NCBI GenBank assembly: GCA_028534125.1
Contig: CM052817.1
Span: forward strand, 79,052,001 to 79,116,000
Reading direction: 5' to 3'
DNA: 64,000 nucleotides
Source of the DNA: Lama glama
Lineage: Eukaryota
Each line of letters starts with the position of its first letter. Position 1 is the first letter of the stretch. The notes under the pieces are model-generated. The model saw only the letters and a program-made list of their open reading frames with translations, did not search any database and was not told the origin of the DNA. Both the position numbers and the translations under genes were made by a program. Positions 13,860 through 25,249 of the stretch are shown in pieces.

Positions 13860-14892
13860 GATTAACCAGGCTTTGATCAGAGAAGCAGATCCACCAGGGA
13901 ATAGACGTAATAAGCATTTATTTGGGGGATTTATCCCTACACAATTGTGGGATCTGAGTCTGTGTTTCTATGTCTGGTGCCTGAAGTCCACAAAGCAAAT
14001 AGTCAAGAATGGAAGATGAATGCAAAGTGGAAGAAGCAAGGACAAACCAGAAGAGTCTAGGAATTTAACCTACTTACAAGCTCCTCCATTGGCCTTTTAC
14101 AGTTTAAGAATTCTGGCAGAATACACGAGATAAAGGACTCTGTTACAGGATAGCAAGCAGCATGAGCACAATGTTTGCCTGGGTTCCCCAGTCCCCCAGG
14201 TCCCGTGGGGGCAATGCAGAGGGTCCCAGATGGATGCCACATATATGTCATTGCAGAGGAACACTGAGTCTGGAAAATTCACCAAAGTAAGTAAGTGTAG
14301 TGAGCAGTAAGCAAATCTGTTCTCTGTCCTAGATGGAGATATTATTTCATCCTCCAGGTGGCTCGTTGTAAACAACCCTGACAACTGTCCGGGTAAGAAG
14401 AGACTTGTATTCTTGGCACACGCAGCAAGAATATCCATGGACACGAGCGCCCGTGGTGGACCGCCTCTCCCAACACTTGGGAGGCAGAGCTTGGACCCAT
14501 ATGGGTGAACTGGAACCTGCCCAAGTCTCTTACCACCCCCAGGTCTCCAACTTTGATGATGGGTGTGTCCTACAGGAGACACGGGTGCCCTCCATCATAA
14601 AGCTAAATACACACCAAGTCCAGGAGTTGGGAGGGCTAGAGGAGGATGAGGCAGGAGCTGACTCGATGTGAGCCCAGCTGCTGTCCCGTGCCGACCAGAC
14701 GAGCCTGTGCATAAATGACACCTCACTAAATTGTAGAGCATAAAAAGCAAAATGACTGCTGTTCTACTTCTGCCTTCCAAACCTCGTGCAAAATATCTCT
14801 CATGACCTATGCTAACCCCGAATCATCCAGGAAAGGGAATTCTAGAAAACACAATTCCAGCTCAGCTAAGTTAACCGATACAATCCACCACA
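13860..14892. mobile_element. ERVL-type LTR (LTR41/LTR52-like), probably with a nested insertion
   Basis: GATCAGAGAAGCAGA...; terminal GGAAAGGGAATTCTAGAAAACACAATTCCAGCTCAGCTAAGTTAACCGATACAATCCACCACA. Confidence 0.45.
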
Positions 14893-15040
14893 GGCTATGG
14901 ACATATGGCCTTCGTGTTACCTTCCTTCCAAAGCTGCTAAGCCTCACTGTCCACCTTTGAGCAACAAGACTCCTATCACTCTCATTTCATGAAGGAATGG
15001 CTGAGAACCACAGGGACAATAGAAACCACTAGTCACGTTA

Positions 15041-15680
15041 TGTCGGGGATCCTCAAGCCCACCCCCAGCTTCAGTGATTCTCCAGGAGGACTCGTAGGTC
15101 TCAGCACATAGTCATACTCACAGCTAAAACTTATTACAGTGAAAAGACACAAAGTAAAATCAGCGAAGGAAAAGCTGCATGCAGAGAAGTGTGGAAGAAA
15201 CCAGACACAAGTTTCCAAGAGTCCTTGTCCAGGGGAGTCTCTCAGAACATGCTTACTTTTCGCAGCAGTAGGTTGTAATAACATGTGAAAAGTCGTGGGC
15301 CAGAAAAGCTCTTTAAAGACTCAATGCCCAAGAGGGTGGGTATAGCTCAGTGGTAGAGCGCATGCTTAGCGTGCATGAGGTCCTGGGTTCAATCCCCAGT
15401 GCCTCCATTTAAAAAAAAATTTTTTTAAACTTGAAATGGAGACTCATTGCCCGAAGTTTTTCTTGGAGGGCTGGTCACGTAGGCACTTCTGCCTAGCATG
15501 TACTCAGATTCCAGACTCCCAGAAGGAAAGCAGAGATGCACCATAAACCATACTGTTTGTGGAGTTTAGGCCCAGTGAGCTGCTTTTGTCAGTTGCATCT
15601 ACGATGGGAACCTTCTCAAAACCCAAGTCCCTAGCTGCCAGCCAGAGGCCACCCACGCAAGCTGGTGTGAGCCAAGTCAG
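15041..15680. mobile_element. MER77/MER68/MER21-group ERVL LTR (split by a SINE)
   Basis: TGTCGGGGATCCTCAAGCCCACCCCCAG...GATTCTCCAGGAGGACTC; TTCCAGACTCCCAGAAGGAAAGCAG. Confidence 0.7.
15330..15439 (+). mobile_element. Vic-1 type SINE nested in an ERVL LTR
   Basis: TATAGCTCAGTGGTAGAGC...GGTTCAATCCCCAG; TSD AGACTCA(A/T)TGCCC at 15317-15329 and 15440-15452. Confidence 0.9.
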
Positions 15681-15904
15681 AAGGCAGAGGCTATTGGTTA
15701 GGAGGCTGTGAACAGGGGATGATCTATGCAGGCAAAGAGTGGGGGCCAGGACTGGAAAGATGGCTGGGGACAAATTAGGAAGAGCTTTAAACTACAGAAC
15801 AAGATTCAGGCTCTATCGAGTTGATCATTGGGAGCTATTGATGGCTTCTGGGCCAGTGGAGAGATGATGAAAATGGTACCTGAAGAGTACAGCGGCAAAG
15901 GGTA

Positions 15905-16140
15905 CAGTAGCGTTTCCTAGCTGTCTTTCATTGTTGCCCACACAACACACGGGCTTTCAAAGACATTTTTCCCTAAGCACCACCCCCATGAATTTTTAAT
16001 ACAACAGATATACTGTTTATCTGATTATGCATTGTATGTATGTATCTATGTTTTATACATTAAAAGAGTGAATTCTTTTCAGCCCCCAAGAAATCAACAT
16101 TTACCCTCTTAGGGGTGATATTACCCTTATTGAGAATATT
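15905..16140. mobile_element. hAT-Charlie MITE (MER112-like)
   Basis: CAGTAGCGTTTCC... CCCCATGAATTTTTAATACAACAGATATACTG ...TTATTGAGAAT. Confidence 0.5.
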
Positions 16141-16864
16141 AGGTTATATGATGTGTAGAACTGGAGGGTGGTATATCAACAGATGGACACACGAAATATT
16201 TCTGTTTTCCTTGTAGCAATCCAAGCAGGCAAGGAGAGGAGAAGCTGGGGCCTGATGACAGAAAACGTGCTAGGTCAGAGTGCAGTTTGGAGGCAGACTG
16301 AATGAACAGCAACCAGGAGAACAAGGAAGTGCTCAAAGAGGTGGCCGCCTCAGGGGAGATGTGGCAGCAGTTTGCAACTGGATTTTCAGAAGGCGGGAGG
16401 CCCAACCAGGCAGATGGCACATGGCACTAGGGAACCCGGGCACGCCAGCTGGGATCACCATGAGCTGCGCTACCCAGTGTCTGGCTCACAAGACTGCCCG
16501 CAGGCAGGAGCAGAGGCTGACACAGACAAAGCTGCTAGAAAGGAAGCAGAAGTGAAATCTGGGAGTCTGGGGCCTAAGAGGCAGAAGCCCTGTCTTCAGG
16601 ACAAATCTGGGACCCAGAGAGCAGCAGTTGGACTCCCGTCCACAGTCCAGCAGGGCAACTGGTGACCATCCTCCATGAGGGAGGAATGGAGGTAGTGCAG
16701 GCGCTGTCTTCTTTATGTCAACCTGACTGACCGGGGTCAAGCTTCCGGAAAAGAGACACAGGGGTGGTACAAAGGGAACTAGGGAGAGCAAGGGCACAGA
16801 GATGGACAGGACCCGGACCAGCAGAAGGGCTCTGAACAGCAGGGCACTTAAGAAGTCCTCTCAG

Positions 16865-18320
16865 GACATCGGGTTCAAGGTGGCGGCGGTCTGAGCAGAT
16901 ATGAACCCCAGACTGTGAAAGGGAGCATCAAGGAATTAAAAATCTCACAATAAAGAGAATGCGAGGAAAGCCATCAGCACAAGAGAGATGTCATCAAATG
17001 TCTGAGAAATGGAACAAGGGAAGGAGAAGAGGTGTCTGATAAAGCCCTAACCAAAAATATATAGAAAGGAGGCTGCAGATGAAGAGAAAAGCAATCTGTC
17101 CCATAGCACCCCAAGAAGGCTTGCAACTCATGGATATCTAGTGATAGCTAGAAGCCTGGAGAACAGCCTGCAGGACCTAAAGCAGGAGAACTGAACATCT
17201 GTCTGTGGAACAAAGCACATCCACACACAATACCCTGGAGCTCAGAACCTCACTCACCAATACCCCATCCCTTCCTCCAGGCACAGAAAAAAGGAAGGAA
17301 AGAAGGAATAGAAGGAAGGAGGGAGGGAGCGAGGGAGGGAGGGAGCGAGGGAAAGTGGAAAAGGAGGGAAGGAGAGAAAAGAGAAAAGTCCTTTTTTAAA
17401 ACATTGAGAGGCACATATAAAGAGAAGCGGCCACCCTCAGAGCTAAGCCACCCACATGCTGGTATTCAGAGGTGCCCCGTTTGCAGCCAGCCTAGAGAGA
17501 GAGATCAGCCCAACCAAAGGGTGGCAGCTCCAGGAAAGAAATACCAGGAGGAAAAATGTGGGGACAGTACCATAGACTTCCCATGACACTTGGATATTAC
17601 AGGCACTAAGAAGCCATAAAGGCAGATATCTTGAGGCTAGGAGATATAAGTACACAAGGAGAGAAATAAACTCATAGAACAGAGTTAGGTTAGCTATTTG
17701 TCAATATTCTTAACTTTTCTATTTCAAATTGAAGACTCAATATACTGACAAAAGACTTCATTAGGATCATAGAGCAGAATGTATAGAGGGTTAACACAGA
17801 CCATTTAAAAAGCAAAATTACAGTTGACAAGAATTGGGAGATGAAAAGGGGAGAGATGAGGGTAGAGTCTCTGGTACCCTAATCTCCCTTAGTGAGGGGT
17901 CTAGAGATTCTTCCTGTTGCTGTTGGAAGAAGAAATGAAAATGTAAATATATTGTTTAAAGTTACACGGGTAACCGTGAGAGGAACTCAGAAGAGCAGAG
18001 TAAGGATGCTGAGAGGAGGGGGAGGATAAAAGGAAAGTGGGATAAAGGAGCTTCACTGCCATCTGTCATAGCAGGGAACCAACAGAAAACCTCCAAGTGA
18101 GTAACTAGGGAAATAGTAGGATATATAGTAGCACATTTTATACACACACACATATCTCAGAAATACAGATGAAACTTCCTGGAAAAAAGTTAAATGGAAA
18201 ATGATGAAAATGTTTAAGGCTTTTGACACCCACCCCAAGGGGGAACAGCATGTTATATTTCCATGCTGTTCAACTTCTTGAACTGGGGTGTTTATTCCTT
18301 TGATAAAAATGAAGTTTTTC
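16865..18320 (+). mobile_element. HAL1/old-L1 relic
   Basis: GGTTCAAGGTGGCGGC L1-like start; HAL1-like 3' region (AAAAAGCAAAATTACAGTTGAC...GTTTAAAGTTAC). Confidence 0.5.
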
Positions 18321-19486
18321 TTTAATAAAAAGAAGCCATTCGTGTAGTCCAAATAAAGTAATTAATTCCAGAAATAGCGTAGTAGCGGGAACAGAAAGGA
18401 GGGGCAGATGTGATAGACATAATGAAGAACTGTCTGTATGTGATAATTTGTTTAACATGAAGGACAAAGAAAGGGAGGATACGAAAATATTCCCGAAGTT
18501 TGGGGACTGAATAATTAGAAGAATTTTAGAGCCACCACCAAAAACAGGGAATTCTGGAGGGCAGACTCATCTGTGGAATCTGTGATGAATGTCGTTTTAG
18601 ACATTGGTGTATAAGGGACAACGGTTTTTAAAAGTGAATTTAAATGTTTAAAATATTCCTTTATTTCAAATATCAAAACCCAGAGGACAAATTCATTCTG
18701 CAGGTTTTGGGGTTTTTTGTTTTTGTTTTTCTTCTTCTCTATGTGTACCTCCGGCTGTGTCTTTAACTGTTGTCAGGTTGAAAAATGGAGACAAATGTGC
18801 GTCATCCACAGAAAATATCCAAAGACTCTACAGGGGAAGGAGACGCGCTCAGTGCTCCACTGAACGTGGGGAGCAGGCGGGAAGGTGGCAGTTCATTAAC
18901 TACCAAAGACCACAGGGGAAAGGAGGAACCAGTGCTTTAGAAAACAGCTTTGAACGTCCTACAACAGGCAAAACAGGATGATTCTAAGCTACTAAGTGAC
19001 AGTTGAGTAACCAAGCAGAGGGTTAACGTTTAGATTCAGTTTTGTCTGAGTGTTCGGGTGAGGAAGACTGCGGAGGAATACTCTCTGAAGCTGAAAAATC
19101 AGAAAGTGCAGCGTAAACAGAAAACAGAAGTGAAGTTCCACTGTGAAGGAAGTAAGTTTACGCCAACAGCACCACCCCCTGGGCACAAGGCAGACTGCCA
19201 CAGACTTGGCAGGAGAGTCTTAAGCGAATGTGTGAGCGTGCACGTGTGCACACGCGCGCGCGCACACGTTCAAGAGAGAGAAACATCCCCAGAGGGTTCT
19301 GATAACTAACATTAAGTATAAGCACCAGATCAAGTAATAAAATGTCTTTCCCCATATATGTCAGCTAAACTGACTAAGGGTATATAATTTGGAAACTGCA
19401 CTTAAACCTAGGCTGTAGAACATCACTCCTACCCTAACAAAGAGAAAATACTGTGTATACTACAAAAGCATTTTTTGGAGACCACC

Positions 19487-19950
19487 TGTGGGAGACAGAA
19501 AAATGCCCCCGCTCCCATCAAAAAAAGAAAGAGAGAGAGATGTCCATGTCAATCTCTAGAATCTGTGAATATGTGACATATGGCACAAAGGTATTTGCAG
19601 ATGTAATCTTGAGATGGGAAGAGTACCTACCCAGGTAGGCCCAGTGTATATAACACAGGTCCTTAAAAAGAGTCAGAGTCAGAGTCAGAGAAGGTCAGAA
19701 AGAAGAAACTGGAGTGCACTGATCATTGGCTTCAAAGACGGAGGAAGGGCCCAAAAGCTAAGAAATGCAGGTCTCCTCTAGAAGCTGCGATAGACAAGGA
19801 GATGGAATCTCCCGTAGAGCTTCCTGAAGAGAACCCAGTCCTGCCAACACCTTTATTTCAGCCCAGTGAGACTGATTTTAGACTTCTGACCTCTAGAACT
19901 GTAGGATAATAATTCATGCTATTTTAAGGCACTAAGTTTTTGATAAATAC
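19487..19950 (+). mobile_element. MLT1D-like MaLR LTR
   Basis: TGTGGGAGACAGAAAAATGCCCC...TTTGCAGATGTAAT...CTCTAGAAGCTG...GACTTCTGACCTCTAGAACTGTAGGATAAT. Confidence 0.8.
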
Positions 19951-19999
19951 ATATACTGATGTCTGTATATTAAAAATCAGATAGACAGACAGACAGACA

Positions 20000-20390
20000 T
20001 TTGAATTTATAGTTTAATACCTTCCCCCAAAAAGTTTCATGACAGGCTTCATTGGTAAATCTACCAAATATATAAGGAAAATTTTCACACCAACTCTATA
20101 CAAACTTGCACAGGATAGAATAGAAATACTTCTCATTTCATGAGGGCAGCATTACTCTGATACCAAAACTAGATAAAAAACATTTCAAGAAAAGAAAACT
20201 ACAGGCCAATATCCCTCATGAACATGGAAGCAAAAATCCTCAGAAATGTATTAGCAAAACAAATCCAGCAACATATAAAAGTGATAAAGCATTATGACAA
20301 AACGCAGTTCATCCTGGGAATGCAAAATTGTTCAGTATTCAAAAATCAACTGATGTAATTCACCTTATCCATAGAAAAGGAAGAAAAACC
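20000..20390 (+). mobile_element. Old L1 ORF2 fragment
   Basis: GAAAACTACAGGCCAATATCCCTCATGAACAT ([10 protein letters not shown]), TTAGCAAAACAAATCCAGCAACATAT. Confidence 0.8.
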
Positions 20391-23233
20391 AAGAGTCTGG
20401 TTCAAGCTAGCAACATAGGAGGATCTTGAAGTCGCCTCCTCTCGCAGGCACACCAAATCTATAGCCACGTAGGGAGCAATTTCCTGTGGGGGAAAAGACT
20501 CACCTCTCTCAGTGACTCCCACATATTGGACAAACGAGGGAAAAACTCACACTGAAGCAGACAGGAGAGGCTGAGACACAATCTCACCACAAACCCTACC
20601 CCTAGCGCAACAAGCCACAAACCGGGCAGGAAACTCCAATTCCGGAGCTCCTCCCTAAGCAGCTAAAGGCTTGAGGCATCCCAGCATCAGGTACCCCAAT
20701 TTTAACACCTACACCCGACAAGCCCCCCACATAGCTAGCTTTGAAAACTATCAGGACTCACATCCATGAGACCCACCCACAAGGCTATAGCAAACTGAAC
20801 AACAGTTCTGAAAAGGTTGGCATAGACTCACCCACCCAAGGCCAGCATGGAGGCAGCTAACTGAAAAGCACCCAGATTTCTGTGAAAGAGGCTTATGTGA
20901 GTGTCTTTAAGTATCAGCCTGAGGGGCAAGCCTCTACTTTAACGCACATCTAACGGCCCCCTGCAATATTCTCCGGAGATGGAGGCCAGCAGGTGCCATG
21001 TCGCACCGTCCCTCTGCCTCGCTCCAGGCCACTGGTGTCTCTGGGGAGGAGCTTAGACACTCATCTGGTGCCTCAGTTCTGCAGCTGCCACCCAGATGTG
21101 TCTACATCTCTAGTGGCCAGTGTGGCTCACACTCACAGGTCCCACGGAACTGTAACAGATGGAGAAAAGGTTCTTACCTGGCTGCTGCCCCCAGGGCACA
21201 GCAGAGATGCAAAGACTGAGGTGCTCAGTCTCTCTGAAAGAGGTTGATTATTTATCTTCATAGCTGCATCCTAAGGGGCAGACTTCTAATTAAACACACA
21301 CCTAAGGGCTGACTGTAAATCTCTCTGGAGACCTTGGAGGGCGGGCACTGTCTTCACACTGTCCCTCTGCCACGCTCCAGGTTACCAGCATGTCCCGTAG
21401 GGGAGCGTGTGCGTGTATCTGGTATCCTGGGTTTTGTGGCTGCTGCCCAGGGGACACCCTTTGATCACCCAGCTCTGGTGGCCAGCGTGGCTTGTACGTG
21501 TGGGGCTGTAACAAATGGAGAGACAGTTCTTGGCGGGCTGCCCCCACCAGGCACTGCGCAGACAGCAGACAAAAACACCCCCCCAGCCTTTCTGTCAAAG
21601 AGGCCTGTTTGCTTGTCTTGGAGCCTCGGCCTGAGGGCTAGGCTTCCGGCTTGGCACACTTACAGGGACCTCAGAGGTCTCGCCAGGGATGGGTGCAAGC
21701 GGGTGCCATCTTTGAACGCTCTCTGTCTCACTCCAGCCTCCAGTGTCTCCCAGGGAGCTTGTGCACGGTGCAACAACGTTTGCAGCTGCTGCTCAGGTGA
21801 CACTTCTCGATCACCTGTCTCTGGTGGCCAGCAGCGCTTGCACTGATATGTCCCACAGGACTGTTACAAAGAAATTATCCTTAACCGGCTACCCCCACTC
21901 AGAGCACAGCATGAGACAGCAGCCTGAAAGGAAGAAGTAAAACTGTCATTATTTGCAGATGACATGATATTAAAAAGAAAACCCGTAAGTCTCCACCAAA
22001 AAAAAAAAAAAGGCTAAAACTAATAAATGAACTCAGTAAAGCTGCAAGATAAAAAATCAATACACAAAAACCTGCAGTATTTCCATACACCTACAGTGAA
22101 CAGAAAGAGAAATGAAGAAAACAATTCCATTTACAATTGCATCAAAAAGAATAAAATACTTAGGAATAAATTTAACCAAGTAGATAAAAAAAATCCTGTA
22201 CACTGAAAACTACAAGACACTGCTGAAAGAAATTCAAGAAGACACAAATAAATGAAAAGATACTCCATGTTTATACACTGGAATAATATTGTTAAAATGT
22301 CCCAAAGCAACCTACAGATTCAATGAAATCCCTACCAAAATTCCAATGGCATTTTTCACTGAAACAGAACAAACAATTCTAAAGTTTGTATGGAGCCACA
22401 GAAGACTCCAACAAAGCTGAAGGCATCATATTCCCTGATTTCAAACTATATCACAAAGTTATAGTAACCAAAACAGTAGTATGTTATTGAGCTAAAAACA
22501 AACACACAGATCATCATAACAGAGAGCCCAAAAATAAACCCATGCATATACAGTCAATTTTCGTCAAAAGAACCAAGAATATACAATGAAGAAAGAACGG
22601 TCTGTCCAGTAAATGGTTCTGGAGAAACTGGACAGCCATATACAAAAGAAACTGGACCACTAACATAACACCATACACAAAAACTAACTCATAATGGATT
22701 AAAGATTTAAACGTAAGACCTGAAACCACAAAAACCCTAGAAGAAAACACAGGTGATAAGCTCCTTGACATCATATAAACAAGTAGAACTACATCAAGCT
22801 AAAAAGCTGCTGCACAGCAAAGGAAACCAACAAAATAAAAAGGTAACCTACAGAATGGGAGAGAACATTTGCAAGTCAGATGTCTGTTAAGGGGTTAACA
22901 CCAAAACACATAAAGAACTCAACCCAATAGCAACAAAAAATAATCCAATTAAAAAGTGGGCAGAGGATCTGAACAGACATTTTTCCAAAGAAGACACACA
23001 GATGGCCAACAGGTACATCATAAAGTACTCAACATCACTAATCAGGGAAATGCAAATCAAAACCACAATGAGGTATCATCTCACACCTGTAAGAATGGCT
23101 ATTATGAAAAAGAAAAAAACAAGTGTTGGTAAGAATATAGAGACAAGGGAACTCTTCTACACAGTTGGTGGAAATGTAAATTGATGCAACCCCTATGGAA
23201 ACAGCATGGGGGTTCTTCAAAAAATTAAAAACA

Positions 23234-23357
23234 TGTATTCATTTTCATATTTTTTCACCATGAGCTACAAGATCTTGACTACATTCATGTATGACTGAAA
23301 AATTGTGCTGCACACCAGAAATTGACACAACACTGTAAACTGACTATAACTCAATAA
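23234..23357 (+). mobile_element. Younger camelid L1 3'-end insertion with inverted 5' part
   Basis: 15-bp TSD AAAAAATTAAAAACA (23219-23233, 23358-23372); GTGCTGCACACCAGAAATTGACACAACACTGTAAACTGACTATAACTCAATAAAA. Confidence 0.8.
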
Positions 23358-23861
23358 AAAAAATTAAAAACAGAACTATCACATGATTCGGCAATCCCAC
23401 TTCTGGGTATTTATGCAAAGAGAATGAAAACATTAACACAAAAAGATATAGGCACCCCCACATTCATTGCAAAATTATTTACAATAGTCAAGATATGGAA
23501 GCAACCTAAGTATCCATCAACAAATGAATAGATAAAGTAACGTGAGACAGATACACACACACTGATATCATTCAACCATAAAAAAGACGGAAATCTTGCC
23601 ATTTAGGAGAACATGAATGGACACTGAGAACATTATACTCAGTGAAGTAACAAGAAGATAAATACTGTACAATCTCATTCATATGTACAATCTAAAAAAC
23701 AAAAACTTACAGTAAAAGAGATCAGATTTGCGGTTCCCAGAAGCAGACGGTAGAGAGTGGGGAATTGAAGGAAGGTGGTCAAAAGGTACAAACTTTCAGT
23801 TTAAGATAAATAAGTTGTGGGGATGTAATGTTCAACATGATGACTATAGTTAATACTGCTG

Positions 23862-23896
23862 CTGACCATATACTTCAATAAAAATATATTTTAAAA
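23862..23896 (+). mobile_element. ~35-bp extremely truncated L1 tail insertion
   Basis: CTGACCATATACTTCAATAAAAA flanked by TSD AATACTGCTG (23852-23861, 23897-23906). Confidence 0.7.
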
Positions 23897-24748
23897 AATA
23901 CTGCTGTATGGCATATTTGAAAGTTGTTAAGAGTAAATCCTAAGTGTTCTTATCACAGGGAGAAACATTTTTTCCTTTTTTTTTTTTAAATCTGTATGAG
24001 ATAATGGATGTTAACTGAACTATTTGTGATAATCATTTCTCAATACATAGAAGTCAAGTCATTATGCTGTACACCTTAAACATGTGTTGTACGTCAACTG
24101 TATCTCAATAAAACTGGGGAAGAGGAGTAGAGACAACTGATTGTCAACTTGGCTCTGCATCAGAATCCCCTATGAAGCTTCTGAAAAAAAATCCAATGTG
24201 ATACATATACACACATAATTTTTAAGGCTCTCATGGTTATTCTGATGACCAGAAATGCATCTCTAAGGGAGTAAGTGAAATTGACACCAACCGAAGCAGT
24301 CTGAAAACAAAATTGAAAGGTAAATATTAGAAGAAAGAAACTCTCTTTTTGTCTCCCTACTGTCTCCTTTTTTATCTCAAAGAAGGTGAAAACAAGAAAA
24401 ACAAGTTAATAAAAGTAGAGTGAAAAGTAGCACTCTGAATTTTCAGGTTAAGTTTAAAATCAGTTTTCTACTAAGCAACTAGCATAAACCCTGCTTTAAC
24501 TGATGTCCATGTAAACATGCTACCAATAATCAGAGACCCCCTTCAACTTCTCCCTCATTCCACACTGCAGAGGAAATTCATTTTTTCGTGCTGTATTTCA
24601 AGCTTTTCACCCAAAAGCCAACTATAAATTCAGCTGTTAACTGACACCACTGTCAATTGACTAGCTTGAAAAAAGACATCATTGTCAAACAGGTAAATTA
24701 AGTAAATTTTCTCAACACACCCACACATAATTAAGGAGGAAGGAAATG

Positions 24749-24754
24749 TTTATT
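24749..24754 (-). terminator. ANXA5 polyadenylation signal AATAAA
   Basis: tttatt on the plus strand ~435 nt past the stop; GU-rich downstream element (tgtgtgggtgtgttg on minus) at ~24713-24727. Confidence 0.8.
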
Positions 24755-25186
24755 ATTCATTAATCTTTTGAATGCAACCACCATAATTTTTCAGGTTTAA
24801 TTTAGTAGCAAACTTGATTAATAACACTTCCAGGAGTTCACAATTCCAAGGCTAAGATTCTGATTAAGGTAATACGGTTATCAGTTTAATATAAATGAAG
24901 CTTTTAAAAAAAAAAAAAGCTACAAGCAGTCGGATCTCTTAAAGGAAAATATGAACGATCCAGACTTTGGTCTCAGTAACATAAGTACACTTTAGTACTA
25001 CAACAGTCAAAGAGAAAGATCTTAATGGAAGATCAGAAAGGAGCACCACTACTCTCTTCTACAGCATACACGTTTGGTCAGAGCATGCTAGGACAAATAA
25101 GGCAACGCGCCAAGCGCTAGCAGACGAGAAGCGCAGCAAGATGTGCTGAAGGACGGCAGGCCGGGCCAGGGTCCCCCCGCCGCTCA

Positions 25187-25249
25187 TCAGTCATCTTCGC
25201 CGCCACACAGCAGCAGGAGTGCTTTCTTGTAGTCCCCAGATGTATCACC
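25187..25249 (-). CDS. ANXA5: ANXA5 exon 13 coding part (GDTSGDYKKALLLLCGGEDD*)
   Basis: tttcag|GGT GAT...GAT GAC TGA, followed by a second in-frame TGA. Confidence 0.97.
   Translation of the reverse strand, partial: GDTSGDYKKALLLLCGGEDD

Larger units (their letters stand above)
20393..24120 (+). mobile_element. L1MA9-like LINE-1 with 5'UTR, large internal deletion, ORF2 3' half and 3'UTR
   Basis: 5'UTR with ~355-bp tandem units; TTTGCAGATGACATG (FADDM) at 21952-21966; degraded ORF2 C-terminus ([19 protein letters not shown]); ends TATCTCAATAAAACTGGGG. Confidence 0.85.

Noticed and set aside
16150..16860. GC-richer segment with several 90-100 aa ORFs; possible processed pseudogene
   Set aside because: No recognisable protein similarity, poly(A) tail or TSD; more likely an old LTR relic
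20993..21940. ORFs up to 170 aa with repeated peptide motifs (VPLPRSR, LVAS)
   Set aside because: Translation of the tandem L1 5'UTR units, not a repeat protein
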